60,000 nucleotides of DNA from Lytechinus pictus (Eukaryota). The position numbers and the translations under genes are program-made. The stretch is taken from the NCBI RefSeq assembly GCF_037042905.1, contig NC_087245.1, positions 9,426,001 through 9,486,000 of the forward strand, in the 5' to 3' direction. Shown here piece after piece: positions 39,001 through 47,667 of this stretch (positions are counted from its first letter, which is position 1; every line of letters begins with the position of its first letter). The notes beneath the pieces are model-generated. The model was given only the letters and a program-made list of their open reading frames with translations. It ran no database searches and was not told where the DNA came from.

Positions 39001-41701
39001 TGCTTGATAATTGGAAAATGGTTGATAAATGTATATGTGTAATTTCACAGGTTTCCAAAGCTGTTTATTACAGAGTTAAATTGATGAACATTGGGTATCC
39101 AACATAATCAAATCAAAATCAAGTAATTGCCTGATATCTTGTAAAATAAAAAGTAAGTACATGACAAAAAAAAAAATCAAAATTTCATAATAGCTTATAA
39201 AACATGTCAACTAACTTGTTCAACTCCAAGCTTGCTCCCTCCAAACTGTGATCTAAATTTCTGTACACAAACAAAGAAAAGGAATGTTAAATCATTATTC
39301 AATATCTTTAACTGAAAACATCACCATGTTCAACCTTAAGGAATGTTCAATTTAAATGCATTTATACTTGAATGCAAATTAGTGACAGTTAGTGCTATAC
39401 TGAATCACAACAGAGACTTTAGAGATTAGAATTTGGACAAAAAAATATCTAGAAATGGGACATGCTAAAAATACTTTTAATGTTAAAATTTGTCAAATAT
39501 TATTTAGGTACTGAAACTCATTCCAAAAGATCAGTGGTACTAGATTACCATTATGTCCAAGTCTCATGAAATGGATCCTTATACTTTCAAAGTCGTGATG
39601 ATATTTCCAGAACTAAACTTTGGTTAAGATTTTTTTATTTTTGATGTTGATGCTGGCGTCGCAGTCAGAAAAGCGTTGCCCATGTATTGGTTATGCTAGG
39701 CAGACAAGATGAAAACTGATGCTCAAAATGTTCTCGTTATGTGTCTTTAATTTGTTCACTACTGAATTCTGTCAATCGCAAGGTTTTAATATAGGGATGA
39801 CCCAGATAATGCAGTCAATGCTTCACTCTTAATGAGATAAATCCACAAATAGCAGCAAGAAATTAGACTAAAAAGAACTAATATCCCATGAATAGGTGTC
39901 AAAGTGATGATCCCTTTACAACATAGAATGCACTGTGCAATTCTAAATCTTTAACACTTTATGTTAGCAAGAGATGGAGTTGGATGCAGCAGAATTCTTA
40001 CAATGAGAAATGCAGACCCTCTGATTGCTGGTAGTTCTACAAGTGTTTAATGAATTAATTTACTCACCAAGGCTTCTGAGATAATATCCGCCCTGTGTTC
40101 TGTAGAGAATCTCATCGTCTCTCCTTTCTTACCGCCTTTCCTCACAGTGATGATGAATTCATTGTTCAGTTGGGCTTTCGTGTTTGGTGCAATCCCATAA
40201 AAATCACTGTATTGCCACTGTTAAATTAAAAAGGGAATTGAAAACAGAGGGTTAATAATAGCATGAAATAGTTGATGTCAATGTAAATTTACATTTGAAA
40301 TTACAAAGATAGATGTGGAATCAAATGAATATGGCTGAAACCATAATTTGAATTATGAAAGATCCTACATCAAATATCCCAGCATAGGCTTAAAATAATC
40401 AATCATATACATGTAGTCCAAAAGTAAACAGCAGCTTTAAGACTGGCCTATACTCATTTAAAAAGTCACTTCTAAGTACTGTATATTATTTAAGGCAGAC
40501 TTCAATTTTAAAAAAATAATTTAAAAAAATGTCTTGTCTAGCGACTCAAGTTGGATTCGCCTCAACTGAAAGAGCCTTGTGTGCCTAGCTATTAAAGTAC
40601 CATATCTTGGGCAATATACAACACAAAATTACAATAATCATCAAAAGATTAGGGTCTGATACCAGGCAATGGTTTGAAAGTTTGTATAGATCTTTATCTA
40701 ATAATCTACATATAACTGATTTGTGATTGTTCATTTCCATATGTGAAATTCCTATAAAAGTAGCATTAAATTTATTTTATTTAGTACTGTCTATCTGCCA
40801 TATTAACTTTGTCATTGCAACGATGACAAAAGTGTAAAGAAAAAACGAGGGCAAAGAAATGGGTCTAGAATATCTAATAAAGGGAAACATTTCAGATTTA
40901 CACACCTGATTCGTAACCTCCATAGTGGTTGGATTGTATGTTGTGACTCCATGGGATCCCACAGAAAACACCCTCTTGTATCTAAAGGAAAGAAATTTAT
41001 ACATACCATGTTCAATGTATTAAGTATTATGGAATCAATACTTATTGGAATCAATATGTACTTATAGCAGTGGGTGAACAACAAGTACATTGTAGGAACA
41101 TGTGTATTACAAAGTGTACATGTTTCAAAACAAAACCTTCCAAGAACTTCAATGCCGTATCTCTTTGAGTTTTGTTTTTATTACGGGAAATCATCATGAG
41201 GCTTATCACATGAATGTATTCAATTAACAATTATTGCAGGCACTACAAATATAATAATTTATTCATTTTTTTTAAACACATCCATAGCCATGCAATCATT
41301 CAAATGATTCAGCAAGATAACGCCTGAACACTGGTCCAACGAAATCATATAAATGGGATAAAAAGGATTTAGAAGTTTGCTAGCCTTACGATGCATTTTA
41401 CCAGTATCAATCCATTATAAGTTCAAACAGGAATAAAATGGATTTCTACAAGCTGTTTGAGAACTTAAACAAGAAGCAAAACTTTAATTTACCGCGTCAA
41501 AGTACATATAATTACCTGTAGTAGATAAGGACAGCTACAGACTCTAATGCACCACTTTCAGCACCAGAAAAAATCTGGGCATTTGGCGATTTGCACCCTC
41601 CCCCACAGCCCTTAAATGAATTCCTTCTTTACTTACTTTCCTCTCCAAGAGTGCTTTGTTGTATAGTAGCTGGCCACATCTTTATTTTCCCTCATAGCCA
41701 T
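1..41701 (-). CDS. DNAJC13: DnaJ homolog subfamily C member 13 (RME-8), spliced CDS; 38 coding exons in window, 3' part beyond left edge
   Basis: Exon translations are colinear with DNAJC13/RME-8 as I know it: N-terminal [19 protein letters not shown]-type repeats ([19 protein letters not shown]), GYF_2-like WYY..GPY/WAQG.EGW, J-domain [10 protein letters not shown]. Phases join into one frame of about 4,853 nt. Confidence 0.97.
590..757 (-). CDS. DNAJC13: DNAJC13 coding exon 37
   Basis: [20 protein letters not shown]...[18 protein letters not shown]...NPNQ. Confidence 0.95.
1547..1726 (-). CDS. DNAJC13: DNAJC13 coding exon 36
   Basis: [19 protein letters not shown]...[22 protein letters not shown]. 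Confidence 0.95.
1935..2503. mobile_element. Small non-autonomous element with GACATTTGCTC/GAGCAAATGTC inverted ends, interrupted by a hairpin element
   Basis: Inverted motif at 1935 and ~2486-2496; internal AACCCT repeats. Confidence 0.55.
1959..2372 (+). mobile_element. TATA-bounded hairpin element (long terminal stem-loop + internal/terminal inverted repeat)
   Basis: Stem-loop ~1975-2125; IR TATATGACACCTA (2132) / TAGGTGTCATATA (2360-2372). Confidence 0.7.
2813..2929 (-). CDS. DNAJC13: DNAJC13 coding exon 35
   Basis: [39 protein letters not shown]. Confidence 0.95.
3782..3856 (-). CDS. DNAJC13: DNAJC13 coding exon 34
   Basis: [25 protein letters not shown]. Confidence 0.94.
4441..4625 (-). 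CDS. DNAJC13: DNAJC13 coding exon 33
   Basis: [16 protein letters not shown]...[24 protein letters not shown]. Confidence 0.96.
5268..5403 (-). CDS. DNAJC13: DNAJC13 coding exon 32
   Basis: [14 protein letters not shown]...[23 protein letters not shown]. Confidence 0.95.
6041..6119 (-). CDS. DNAJC13: DNAJC13 coding exon 31 (J-domain HPD)
   Basis: [26 protein letters not shown]. Confidence 0.97.
6439..6554 (-). CDS. DNAJC13: DNAJC13 coding exon 30
   Basis: [38 protein letters not shown]. Confidence 0.95.
7017..7218 (-). CDS. DNAJC13: DNAJC13 coding exon 29
   Basis: [18 protein letters not shown]...[14 protein letters not shown]...FPDWPISDP. Confidence 0.96.
7746..7900 (-). CDS. DNAJC13: DNAJC13 coding exon 28
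   Basis: [21 protein letters not shown]...[15 protein letters not shown](R). Confidence 0.95.
8495..8540 (-). CDS. DNAJC13: DNAJC13 coding exon 27
   Basis: [15 protein letters not shown]. Confidence 0.93.
9159..9313 (-). CDS. DNAJC13: DNAJC13 coding exon 26
   Basis: [13 protein letters not shown]...[29 protein letters not shown]. Confidence 0.96.
9836..9920 (-). CDS. DNAJC13: DNAJC13 coding exon 25
   Basis: [28 protein letters not shown]. Confidence 0.95.
10150..10352 (-). CDS. DNAJC13: DNAJC13 coding exon 24
   Basis: [27 protein letters not shown]...[10 protein letters not shown]...YFPS(R). Confidence 0.95.
10707..10976 (-). CDS. DNAJC13: DNAJC13 coding exon 23
   Basis: [14 protein letters not shown]...[22 protein letters not shown]...[21 protein letters not shown]. 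Confidence 0.95.
11413..11572 (-). CDS. DNAJC13: DNAJC13 coding exon 22
   Basis: [16 protein letters not shown]...[10 protein letters not shown]...MLDR. Confidence 0.95.
12141..12951. mobile_element. Non-autonomous TIR element (hAT-like TAGGG termini)
   Basis: 19-bp TIR TAGGGACAGTGATTTTCCG; subterminal AACGGAA repeats; flanking duplication CACTAA. Confidence 0.85.
13228..13442 (-). CDS. DNAJC13: DNAJC13 coding exon 21
   Basis: [16 protein letters not shown]...[10 protein letters not shown]...[11 protein letters not shown]. Confidence 0.95.
13530..13725 (-). mobile_element. Degenerate tRNA-derived SINE
   Basis: Minus strand: A-box-like TGTTGTGGTC, B-box GGGTTCAAATCCC, body CTCAACCCTGGTGTAGTAAATGGGTACC. 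Confidence 0.65.
13861..13906 (-). CDS. DNAJC13: DNAJC13 coding exon 20
   Basis: [15 protein letters not shown] (IWN motif). Confidence 0.94.
14399..14469 (-). CDS. DNAJC13: DNAJC13 coding exon 19
   Basis: [23 protein letters not shown](Q). Confidence 0.92.
15093..15261. mobile_element. Degenerate short TIR element
   Basis: GGGCTCCGAAACACAAAGGTT ... AACCTTTGTGTTACTGAACCC imperfect inverted ends. Confidence 0.5.
15715..16160 (+). pseudogene. Degenerate LINE ORF2 fragment
   Basis: [21 protein letters not shown] resembles the PW motif between EN and RT; the rest is decayed. Confidence 0.45.
16611..16817 (-). CDS. DNAJC13: DNAJC13 coding exon 18
   Basis: [29 protein letters not shown]...[19 protein letters not shown]; donor gtgagt. 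Confidence 0.9.
17721..17918 (-). CDS. DNAJC13: DNAJC13 coding exon 17
   Basis: [25 protein letters not shown]...[12 protein letters not shown]...LLKRIL. Confidence 0.95.
18354..18410 (-). CDS. DNAJC13: DNAJC13 coding exon 16
   Basis: [19 protein letters not shown]. Confidence 0.95.
18670..22745. repeat. Intronic minisatellite, ~34 units of mostly 98-122 bp built from (ACC/ATC)n, with degenerate triplet flanks
   Basis: Anchor ATTCCCCCAGTACCAT(G/A)AATGAACTCACC recurs at 98-bp spacing near 18.9-19.3 kb and 122-bp spacing near 21.3-22.3 kb. Confidence 0.97.
22785..22940 (-). CDS. DNAJC13: DNAJC13 coding exon 15
   Basis: [30 protein letters not shown]...RLFQ. Confidence 0.95.
23511..23618 (-). 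CDS. DNAJC13: DNAJC13 coding exon 14
   Basis: [36 protein letters not shown]. Confidence 0.95.
24168..24267 (-). CDS. DNAJC13: DNAJC13 coding exon 13
   Basis: [33 protein letters not shown]. Confidence 0.95.
24379..25314 (-). mobile_element. TATA-bounded hairpin element, same architecture as 1959-2372 in opposite orientation
   Basis: IR TATAGAATGGA (24379) / TCCATTCTATA (25132-25142); long stem-loop 25145-25310 with loop CTCGGCTGCGCCTCG; internal CATGCGTCCAGTAAA repeats. Confidence 0.75.
25486..25591 (-). CDS. DNAJC13: DNAJC13 coding exon 12
   Basis: [34 protein letters not shown](K). Confidence 0.95.
25647..26935. mobile_element. Non-autonomous DNA transposon, P-element-like
   Basis: ~26-bp TIR CATAGAGCTATTACAGAAGGAG(G/A)ACC at both ends; 7-bp TSD CATAAAC (25640-25646, 26936-26942). 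Confidence 0.8.
27040..27434 (+). mobile_element. 3' end of an older L2-type LINE/SINE whose (ATC)n tail was the LINE target
   Basis: GTGCCTCGG...GGCGCTATACAAATGCCTAT(CAT)n resembles L2-type 3' ends; 5' limit uncertain. Confidence 0.5.
27752..30769 (-). CDS. LINE ORF2: apurinic-like endonuclease + reverse transcriptase (1005 aa open frame; starts at TTG, no upstream in-frame ATG)
   Basis: EN motifs [32 protein letters not shown] motifs [48 protein letters not shown]. Confidence 0.95.
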   Translation of the reverse strand: MQLTSLQTSGTLHFYVPLFESHTFTPDIFIENPQDSKYYTPQEFNNEFNFTPDNLSLLHANIRSLNSNFEYLVNLLHSLNNFQFSVIGLSETWLHENSPDMFNIPNYKLIRADRKGRRGGGVAFYISQNLKFKIRSDVKLLHAESLFIEIENSNSKNIIIGLIYRPPDTNIDRFHDELEYFLHEIGNENKHFFLLGDFNINFLPSSDINNSSNFMKLIYSFGFISIINKPTRINLNSSTQIDNIFSNVHNNKATGGILCSEVSDHLPIFLTCECKLSFPKSNKEYTYRKESKQNIELLKQDLVLEEWDDVYNEVNPNIAYNNFNNTLKHYYEKNIPIGKVKNQRNKPKNPWITKGLLKSIQTRNRLYKYHLRNPTDDSLKEYKIYRNKLTKLIRISRKLHFANKINDANGNTNTTWKIIKEVLGTKTHPPPNDKITLNGSEILDPTNYANSFNSFFTNIGPELANKINSPNAHFTDYLSDPNQESLFLAPTNPSEIITIVRSLHNSRSSGCDGINMSLLKQIIHPLASPLTHIFNNSLSQGVFPDLFKIAKVNPIFKKDNPHEISNYRPISLLPTISKILEKIVYTRLYKFINKYNILNCNQYGFRKKYSTDLALLQIYDKITNAIANKEHVIGIFCDLSKAFDTLNHEILLSKLNHYGIRGQCLSFFKDYLNNRRQYVNFNSYDSDSLLVRCGVPQGSILGPLLFLLYINDIITTSSILSFVLFADDTNIFYSHRDLNSLTNIVNREIDKVSNWFKANKLSLNTKKTHFMYFRHHSHNINTPIDINIDGTPLEQKKQSKFLGVIMDESLTWNQHIHHVTMSVSKSIGIISKLKFTLPDKTLFLLYNSLVLPYITYCNIVWANCGSFKLNSVFKLQKRAIRMCTRSHYLAHSDPLFHKLKTLKIFDINTIQVAIFMFKYFNNQLPPSFNDMFRFNRSVHSYPTRTSGNLHLTNPKLLITHKSIRHYGPDIWNNFSNNVKSCSTIYSLKATIKRKIIESYASPSSS
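31290..33860. repeat. About 3.5 diverged tandem monomers (~670-890 bp) in the LINE 5' region
   Basis: Recurring blocks CGACCAATAA (31954, 32627, 33513), GGCGGGAAATGACCA (31984, 32657, 33543), and GGC(G/A)GGAAAAA (31469, 32226, 33011, 33814). Confidence 0.8.
34750..34816 (-). CDS. DNAJC13: DNAJC13 coding exon 11
   Basis: [22 protein letters not shown](G). Confidence 0.94.
35207..35286 (-). CDS. DNAJC13: DNAJC13 coding exon 10
   Basis: [26 protein letters not shown]. Confidence 0.95.
35811..35977 (-). CDS. DNAJC13: DNAJC13 coding exon 9
   Basis: [23 protein letters not shown]...HLRFLAVPY. Confidence 0.95.
36180..36271 (-). CDS. DNAJC13: DNAJC13 coding exon 8
   Basis: [30 protein letters not shown](R). 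Confidence 0.95.
36319..36794. mobile_element. MITE, Harbinger/PIF-like
   Basis: TIR GGTGGTTTCAAACCGCCTCGA / TCGAGGCGGTCTGAAACCGCC; internal TTCACACCGCC repeats; TSD not clean. Confidence 0.7.
37017..37176 (-). CDS. DNAJC13: DNAJC13 coding exon 7
   Basis: [11 protein letters not shown]...[14 protein letters not shown]...KPLCD; tag/gtaagt. Confidence 0.95.
37671..37813 (-). CDS. DNAJC13: DNAJC13 coding exon 6
   Basis: [13 protein letters not shown]...[20 protein letters not shown]; cag/gtaag. Confidence 0.95.
38331..38531 (-). CDS. DNAJC13: DNAJC13 coding exon 5
   Basis: [22 protein letters not shown]...HGGFSRL; cag/gtaag. Confidence 0.95.
39216..39260 (-). CDS. DNAJC13: DNAJC13 coding exon 4
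   Basis: [15 protein letters not shown]; cag/gttagt; phase 0-0. Confidence 0.88.
40068..40217 (-). CDS. DNAJC13: DNAJC13 coding exon 3
   Basis: [11 protein letters not shown]...[16 protein letters not shown]; cag/gtgagt. Confidence 0.95.
40906..40981 (-). CDS. DNAJC13: DNAJC13 coding exon 2
   Basis: [25 protein letters not shown]; ag/gt boundaries. Confidence 0.95.
41637..41701 (-). CDS. DNAJC13: DNAJC13 coding exon 1 (start codon; exon including UTR 41637-41723)
   Basis: [21 protein letters not shown](K); donor gtaagt; upstream acceptor tttttcag at 41724. Confidence 0.93.
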
Positions 41702-43133
41702 CTTGGTGATTCATATAGCTTTACTGAAAAAATAATATGAGATTCAAACAAAAATATTAAGGCACTGGCACCTTAAAGTGTATCAGCACCAGACCTGCAT
41801 GTGATCAGTTTTATTTACTAAACAAATAACATTCATCACTGACAGACACCGTCACCAACTATAAAGAAGAAAAAATTGACATAAAATGTAGCCTACACTG
41901 CACAGCCAGCCTTTAACCTGCGACCTCTTGCATATTACAGGCCTACCAACATTTGAAAATGAAAAAAGTAGTCCTAAATGCTAGATGTCAGATGTGTCTC
42001 CCTCACTTTTTTTTAATTCAGACATGTTTAGCATTCTTATATTTAAACAAGTGCTGAGAAAATACAAGTGCTTAGAAACTATATTGGGTACTCTTTCTTC
42101 CATACCCACACCCAGGCATTATATTCCCTTCTGAAAAGTACATATAGCCAAGGGTTGCTAAGTCCTCCCCAAAGTCCGAGATGCCCCAGTTGGGGTTACA
42201 AGCTCTTGCATAGTAAGAAATCGAAAGTGATTTTTCAAGCCAAGTCTGCATGATAGCTTTATCATTTGACTTTAAAAAGCAGTCAAAAACAGCATGCGCA
42301 TGCACGAGGGTCCGAGCTGACCCTCGCGAATGCGCATGCGATGTTTTGAAATCGGCAGCGAATTATTTATATGTGTGAGGAACTCAATGTTGGCTCTAAA
42401 TCACCAATTTAGAGGCTAACCGGAGGATGGATATGGAGTGAAATTAGGATGAAAAGTAAGAAATTAAGCTTCTTATTCTTTTAAATCTAGTTTGGTGTAG
42501 GATTTTTACAATATGCATTTTTTCCCACCTTTGCCACTCGGAGTATCAGAGCGAATTTTGGACCTTGAAGTTCAGGTACAAGTAGGTGGAGCGTAGTGTA
42601 GCGGTAGTGAAATGGAGTGGAGCCTGCACAAACATCACTACTCAATCACCATGATCACATGCAGGCCAGTCACTCTGGGGCCGATTGCACGAAAGGGTCT
42701 TTACAAGAACCGTCTTTCGTGTCGCCCATTTATTATATTATGATGCGCCATGAGAAACGCATTTTACATAATACATACTGATTTATATAGCGCAGAAACT
42801 ATGTGCAAATATTCTACTGCGCTGCAATTAAGAGCTAGTGAAATGCTTGAGAACAAAATTAGAAAAGGGGGTGAAAAAATGTATGGGAATTATTTAAACA
42901 GATAGGTTTTTAGTTTATGTTTGAACGTTTCTACTGATGGACAGGATCTTATTACATAAGGCAAACCATTCCATAACTTGGGGGCTGCACAGGCAAAAGC
43001 ACGATCTCCCAAAGTTATCTTTGTATTATGAGTGGGGATGTGAAGGAGCAAATTATCATGAGAACTATGCAGGTTGTGAGAGTGTCTGTGAACTTTTCTT
43101 TGTAAAAGCTCAGAAATATAAATGGGGGCTTGG

Positions 43134-44326
43134 CAGGGTAGGAATTACACGGGGGCGACGGGCGATTTTGCCCCCATGACAGCCCAAATCGCCCCTAAAA
43201 ATTCTCAAAACCCAATGCTTTGGGGCGACTTTTTATTTCAGAATCGCCCCAATAAAATACCATCGACAATGTAAAAAATACTTCACATAATTACGTTCTC
43301 CGGCGGCGGAGCAGGCGCATCTTTTATATCGCCCTTGCCAGCTAAGTTGAACGGTCGATCGATGCAATATCCAAACCTTCCGTAACACCGGAAGCTTCGC
43401 GATTGTAAAATAAACGCGCAATGCAATATGGGATGCGGAGTGTACACGCATAGTCTTTAGCACGGGGTTTTTAGAATTATTGACGCACTTGCCGCATGGC
43501 TTATGTACATGTTCGCGTGCACGATTAGACTGCACAGCTGGTAACGAGACCACGTGCATCGTACGGTATATTATGTATACTAGGCCTAGGCATGCACAGA
43601 ATTGTATGCGATCAGCTGGTGATTGTGACAGCACTGATTATCGACATCGTCGAGTCGCAGTGCGAGATGGATAAGTTTCTAATTCGAGTTCAACCTGGCT
43701 CTGCCAAACGGCCAGAGCCAGCGCAAGAAGCCTCTCCAAATCGAGATACTGTTGAGAAGGATAAGCCAAAAAAGAAACAGAAAAAGAAACAGTACTGTAC
43801 AGAGACAATCGACAATAAAGTCTTGGGGCCTCGATTGGCTCAAATCTGAAGTGTGTGAAGCTGAAGCTCTGGTGCACTAGCGTACCTACGGGGGGGGGGG
43901 GGCAGTCTGCCCCCCCTGACGAGTCCCAACCCATGCACTTTTCTTTTTTTTTTTTGCTTGTCAATTTTTTTTCTGGTACGAAATCTTATATTTGTGGTTG
44001 AAGACTTGTTTATATTTATTTGCTTGTCACATTTTTGGGCGGACGAATTTGCCCCCCCCCCCCCGTGTGAAAAATCCTAGGTAGTGCTGCTCTGGTGGGA
44101 TCACTGTTGTTTTTTGTAAGGCCTGTAGCCTACAGTAATTACAGTTAAAAATGTTCTGAGCTTTTAGGCATCACATTGAGTCTCGGAATGTCAAAAGGTA
44201 ATTGCTGATATGCGATAAAAAAAGTAGCCCCATGAATTAGAAAATAGCCCCAAGATATTCAGTGGTAGCCCCAATGTTAAAAAAAAAAAAAGTAGCCCCT
44301 AAAAAAAAAAATTAATTCCTACCCTG
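43134..44326 (+). mobile_element. Internally deleted hAT element
   Basis: TIR CAGGGTAGGAATTA; perfect 8-bp TSD GGGCTTGG; residual transposase-like N-terminus MDKFLIRVQ...KPKKKQKKK (~43667-43850). Confidence 0.88.
43875..44089. mobile_element. Small MITE nested inside the hAT element
   Basis: 8-bp TSD CTCTGGTG (43867-43874, 44090-44097); poly-G/poly-C subterminal tracts. Confidence 0.75.
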
Positions 44327-45005
44327 GGGCTTGGCCACTCAGTGCCTTGTATACGATTAACAAAATCTTAAAAGATATTCGTTGGCGAACTGGAAGCCAG
44401 TGCAGATCTTTAAGACAGGGGTGATCCTTGAAAATCTAGATAAATTTACTACAAATCAGCCGTGCACATGCGTTTTGTACTCGCTGAAGACGCCCAATTT
44501 GAGACAAGGGGAGCCCATACAGCAAACTGTTACAATAATCTACCTTATACCCAGTTGTTGTGTGTCCGATCAATTTTAGAAAGTCATTTGGAAAAAATTA
44601 CAAGCGAAGTTTCATCAATTTTTAGTACAAAATGTTAGAAAATATTAGAGAACAAAATAGAAGACGATTACAACTATTGAATTCATGTTTTTAGTTTAAT
44701 CTTAAAACAAAAAAGAAGGTTAAAAAATATAAAGTGTCCGGACACCCGACCCCCCATCGCATGCATGGACAATTGTTTTCATGCTTTCATCGTCAAAGTA
44801 TTTTCGTATACGTCTGAGGTTGTATATCATATGAAATGAAGATTTACACACATTGGTGATATGTGCTTCCATATTCAATTGCGAGTCAAAAAATACTCCA
44901 AGAGTCCAAGATTTCTTACATAATTAGAATTTGGTTCTATGACTGTACTGCCAACTGATATCCCGTCAAAATCTAGCTTATTCAGTTGTTTATATGTACC
45001 GATTA

Positions 45006-46241
45006 CCGTAAGTAACGGTGTATTAACCGCACCTTTTTCTCGGCGGGACAGAATCAAAAGTCGGGGGTGCGGTTTATACACGGTGACAGGTCTGAGCCAA
45101 GCCAATCTCAGCCCGATACCACTACCAGTTTTCAACTCGCGTCGGGTGGCCGAGCGTAGCCGCTTGGGGCAATCCCGTTTAGAGGGGTATGAGCCGCGGG
45201 TATAAAAGGGAAGCAACTATGACTACCGGTATCTGCCGTAAATGTCCCTCAAAGTTATATCACGGTAACAAACGCACCTACCTTCATGAAACTGACTTTT
45301 TTTAATGGTGTGACTCTGTCTTTGTTGTCATTTTTTAGTCATCGCGGCAAAGTTAAGACGCCAATCGATCGCACAGCGCGGTGCAGCTAGCCGAATAAGA
45401 CATGCATGTGTAATGTTTATCGCAATGTCAACGTAAGCTGGCGCTTTACCTTTCCGTGGAAGTTATTTTGTTTGACAAATTATTGGTATTATTTGACAAT
45501 TAATTTCTTTCATTTGCCTTTCCTTCATTTCTCTCTATCATCCATCATCTCAAAATCAATCTTCAATCCCCATCTTCACTCCTTCCGACTTTTTATTTTT
45601 AATTATTATTCACTTTATTCCCGCCCAGAGCTCCCATTGAAAATACGGTATACCGGTACTAGCATTTTTTTTCCTATTTTGCTGTCTGTAAGATACCGCC
45701 ACACACGTACTGAGAACTACCGGTAGTGGTTCAAAGCAGACAAGAAAAACACCTGAACAAAATCGCAAATTTCTCGTATCTTGAACCTTCCCGTATTCCC
45801 TTGTCTAAAATTCATGTCAAGACATTGAATGCTAGACAGAATTCTGAAAGCAAAAGTGGGGCTGTGATGCAGGAAATATGATATGAACGATCTTCTCGTA
45901 TGGGTGAGCCCCCATGTTGATGCTGGTATCGGTACTTGCAATGAACACCGGTACCATATGTGTGTGTGTGAGGTGACTCGGAGTGTGGAAGTGGCCAATA
46001 TCGGCAACTTGCAGATAAGTGACGAAGCGCTGATTTCCCATCATTTTTTACAAGTAATTCTTCGATATTTTTTGGTTCTTGACTCTTTCTTAAATACGCA
46101 TATTAGAGATAGAAAGTAAGTTTGATTAAATTTTTTTTTTTTGATTTTTTTTTTTTTTAATGATTTTTTTTTTTTTTTTTCCATCCGAAAATGGGGGGTG
46201 CGGTTAATACACGGGTGCGGTTAATACACCGTTACTTACGG
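45006..46241. mobile_element. Tc1/mariner-pogo-type non-autonomous element
   Basis: 28-bp perfect TIR CCGTAAGTAACGGTGTATTAACCGCACC; TA TSD. Confidence 0.9.
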
Positions 46242-46804
46242 TACTAGCAATTCTGTTTTATTGTCATTTAGCATAACTTAAGTTTGTTACATTATTCATT
46301 TGTTTAAGATGTACCGATAACTAGCAATTCTGTTTTATTGTCATTTATTTAGCTTAAGTAGGCCTAATTAAGTTTGTTATAATATAAATTACCTGCAAAC
46401 ATTATTTATTTGATTCATCCGTTAAACAAAATCTTTGACTTTGTTTATAAAATGATGTGATACTGATAGTGATATATCATGAAATCGTATACAAATTGAT
46501 TTAAATGCTAGCTAACAAATTTGATTTGTTTATTATATTTTTCAGAAATATCCCGCATACAGCGCATCATAAAAGAGGGCGACACGAAAGACCCTGTCGT
46601 GCAATCGGCCCCTGCTTCCGTACACAACACACACCTCTTTGACCGAGTCACTCATTAAATAACCAACAACTAAGATCTTGTCATGTGAACGTGAACGGTG
46701 AGATGTAGATTCTTGCTACTAAACTGGTTTATTTTCTACCATTCTATTGCCTCACAACATAAATTAATAATTTACCCTCAAAACTACTAACTACATATAT
46801 TCAC

Positions 46805-47030
46805 CTCATACAGAAGACAAACTGTACCGGTAGATGACAAAATACATTTCCAAGACTGAGTAAGAGCGTAAATTCTGTGCAACTTTTTCACTGGCGGCGG
46901 GTCGCCATCTTGTCCCGTGCAGACAAGTACAAAAGTGCGCTTGCGCGGTGGGCGTGTATATTGCGTTCGATCAATATTGTGTGCATATATATATGAGCTG
47001 CTTTCAGATATGACAGGAAGTCACGGAGCT
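46805..47030 (-). promoter_or_regulatory. Probable DNAJC13 promoter and non-coding first exon (about 46805-46915)
   Basis: Locally CpG-rich. YY1-type AAGATGGCG on minus strand (~46903-46911), NRF1-like TGCGCTTGCGC (46936-46946), ETS CAGGAAGT (~47014-47021), candidate donor GAG|gtgaat at 46805/46804. The first coding exon has an acceptor, so an upstream exon is required. Confidence 0.55.
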
Positions 47031-47667
47031 GAAGAGATAGAGTGGGATATAGGGCCTATAGGGTCCAAAATTTGATATAAATTTATATAAATTTATTTTT
47101 CGATAGAATGAATCGACGGGGAAATAGTGAAATAAAATTAGTTGGCGAATAACGAGGTAACGCCCCCCCCCGGAACGCCCCTCATGTCCATGCTGGAGAT
47201 AAGGCATATAGCGGATGAGGATTGACCAGCACTCAGCAGTGTGAGGCCCGGGAGCATCACTGCATCAGTGCACTTTTTCTTTGAAAAAAAATCTGATTGA
47301 TTGATTGATTGATATATTGATATTATGAGCGCAAAGTGTGAGCTGAAATTTTTAATATACTAGCCAGCAAAAAGACCTCTCAAAGACTGTTCGGCATCAA
47401 TCCACTAATGCGAGCGCGAAGCGCCTTTAGCTGAAAATGTTTTATATTTCAACCTGAAAACTCGATTGTAACCATAAAGAGGATGGATATAGGCCTATTA
47501 ACCAAACAATTTTGATTCTGACCAGAAAACTGAACATTCTAAGCACTTTTTGTATGAGTAATATGTGTATATACAAATGAGGCCAAAAGATGATACACCC
47601 AGGCAGTGAAATTTGTTCGCTAGCCAAATAAAGTAAAATTTACTATCTTCAGAAATATAAATACTAC

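Larger units (their letters stand above)
42765..46380 (-). mobile_element. Old 5'-truncated L2-clade LINE broken by nested insertions
   Basis: Minus-strand pieces: LNDNKTELLV|IGT, VRNLG, FDSQLNMEAHITNVCKSSF, VDYCNSLLYGLP..RLQRVQNACARL, ITPVLKDLHWLPVRQRISFKILL, GDRAFACAAPKLWNGLP..FKHKLKTYLF; tail GCGCTATATAAAT. Confidence 0.85.
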
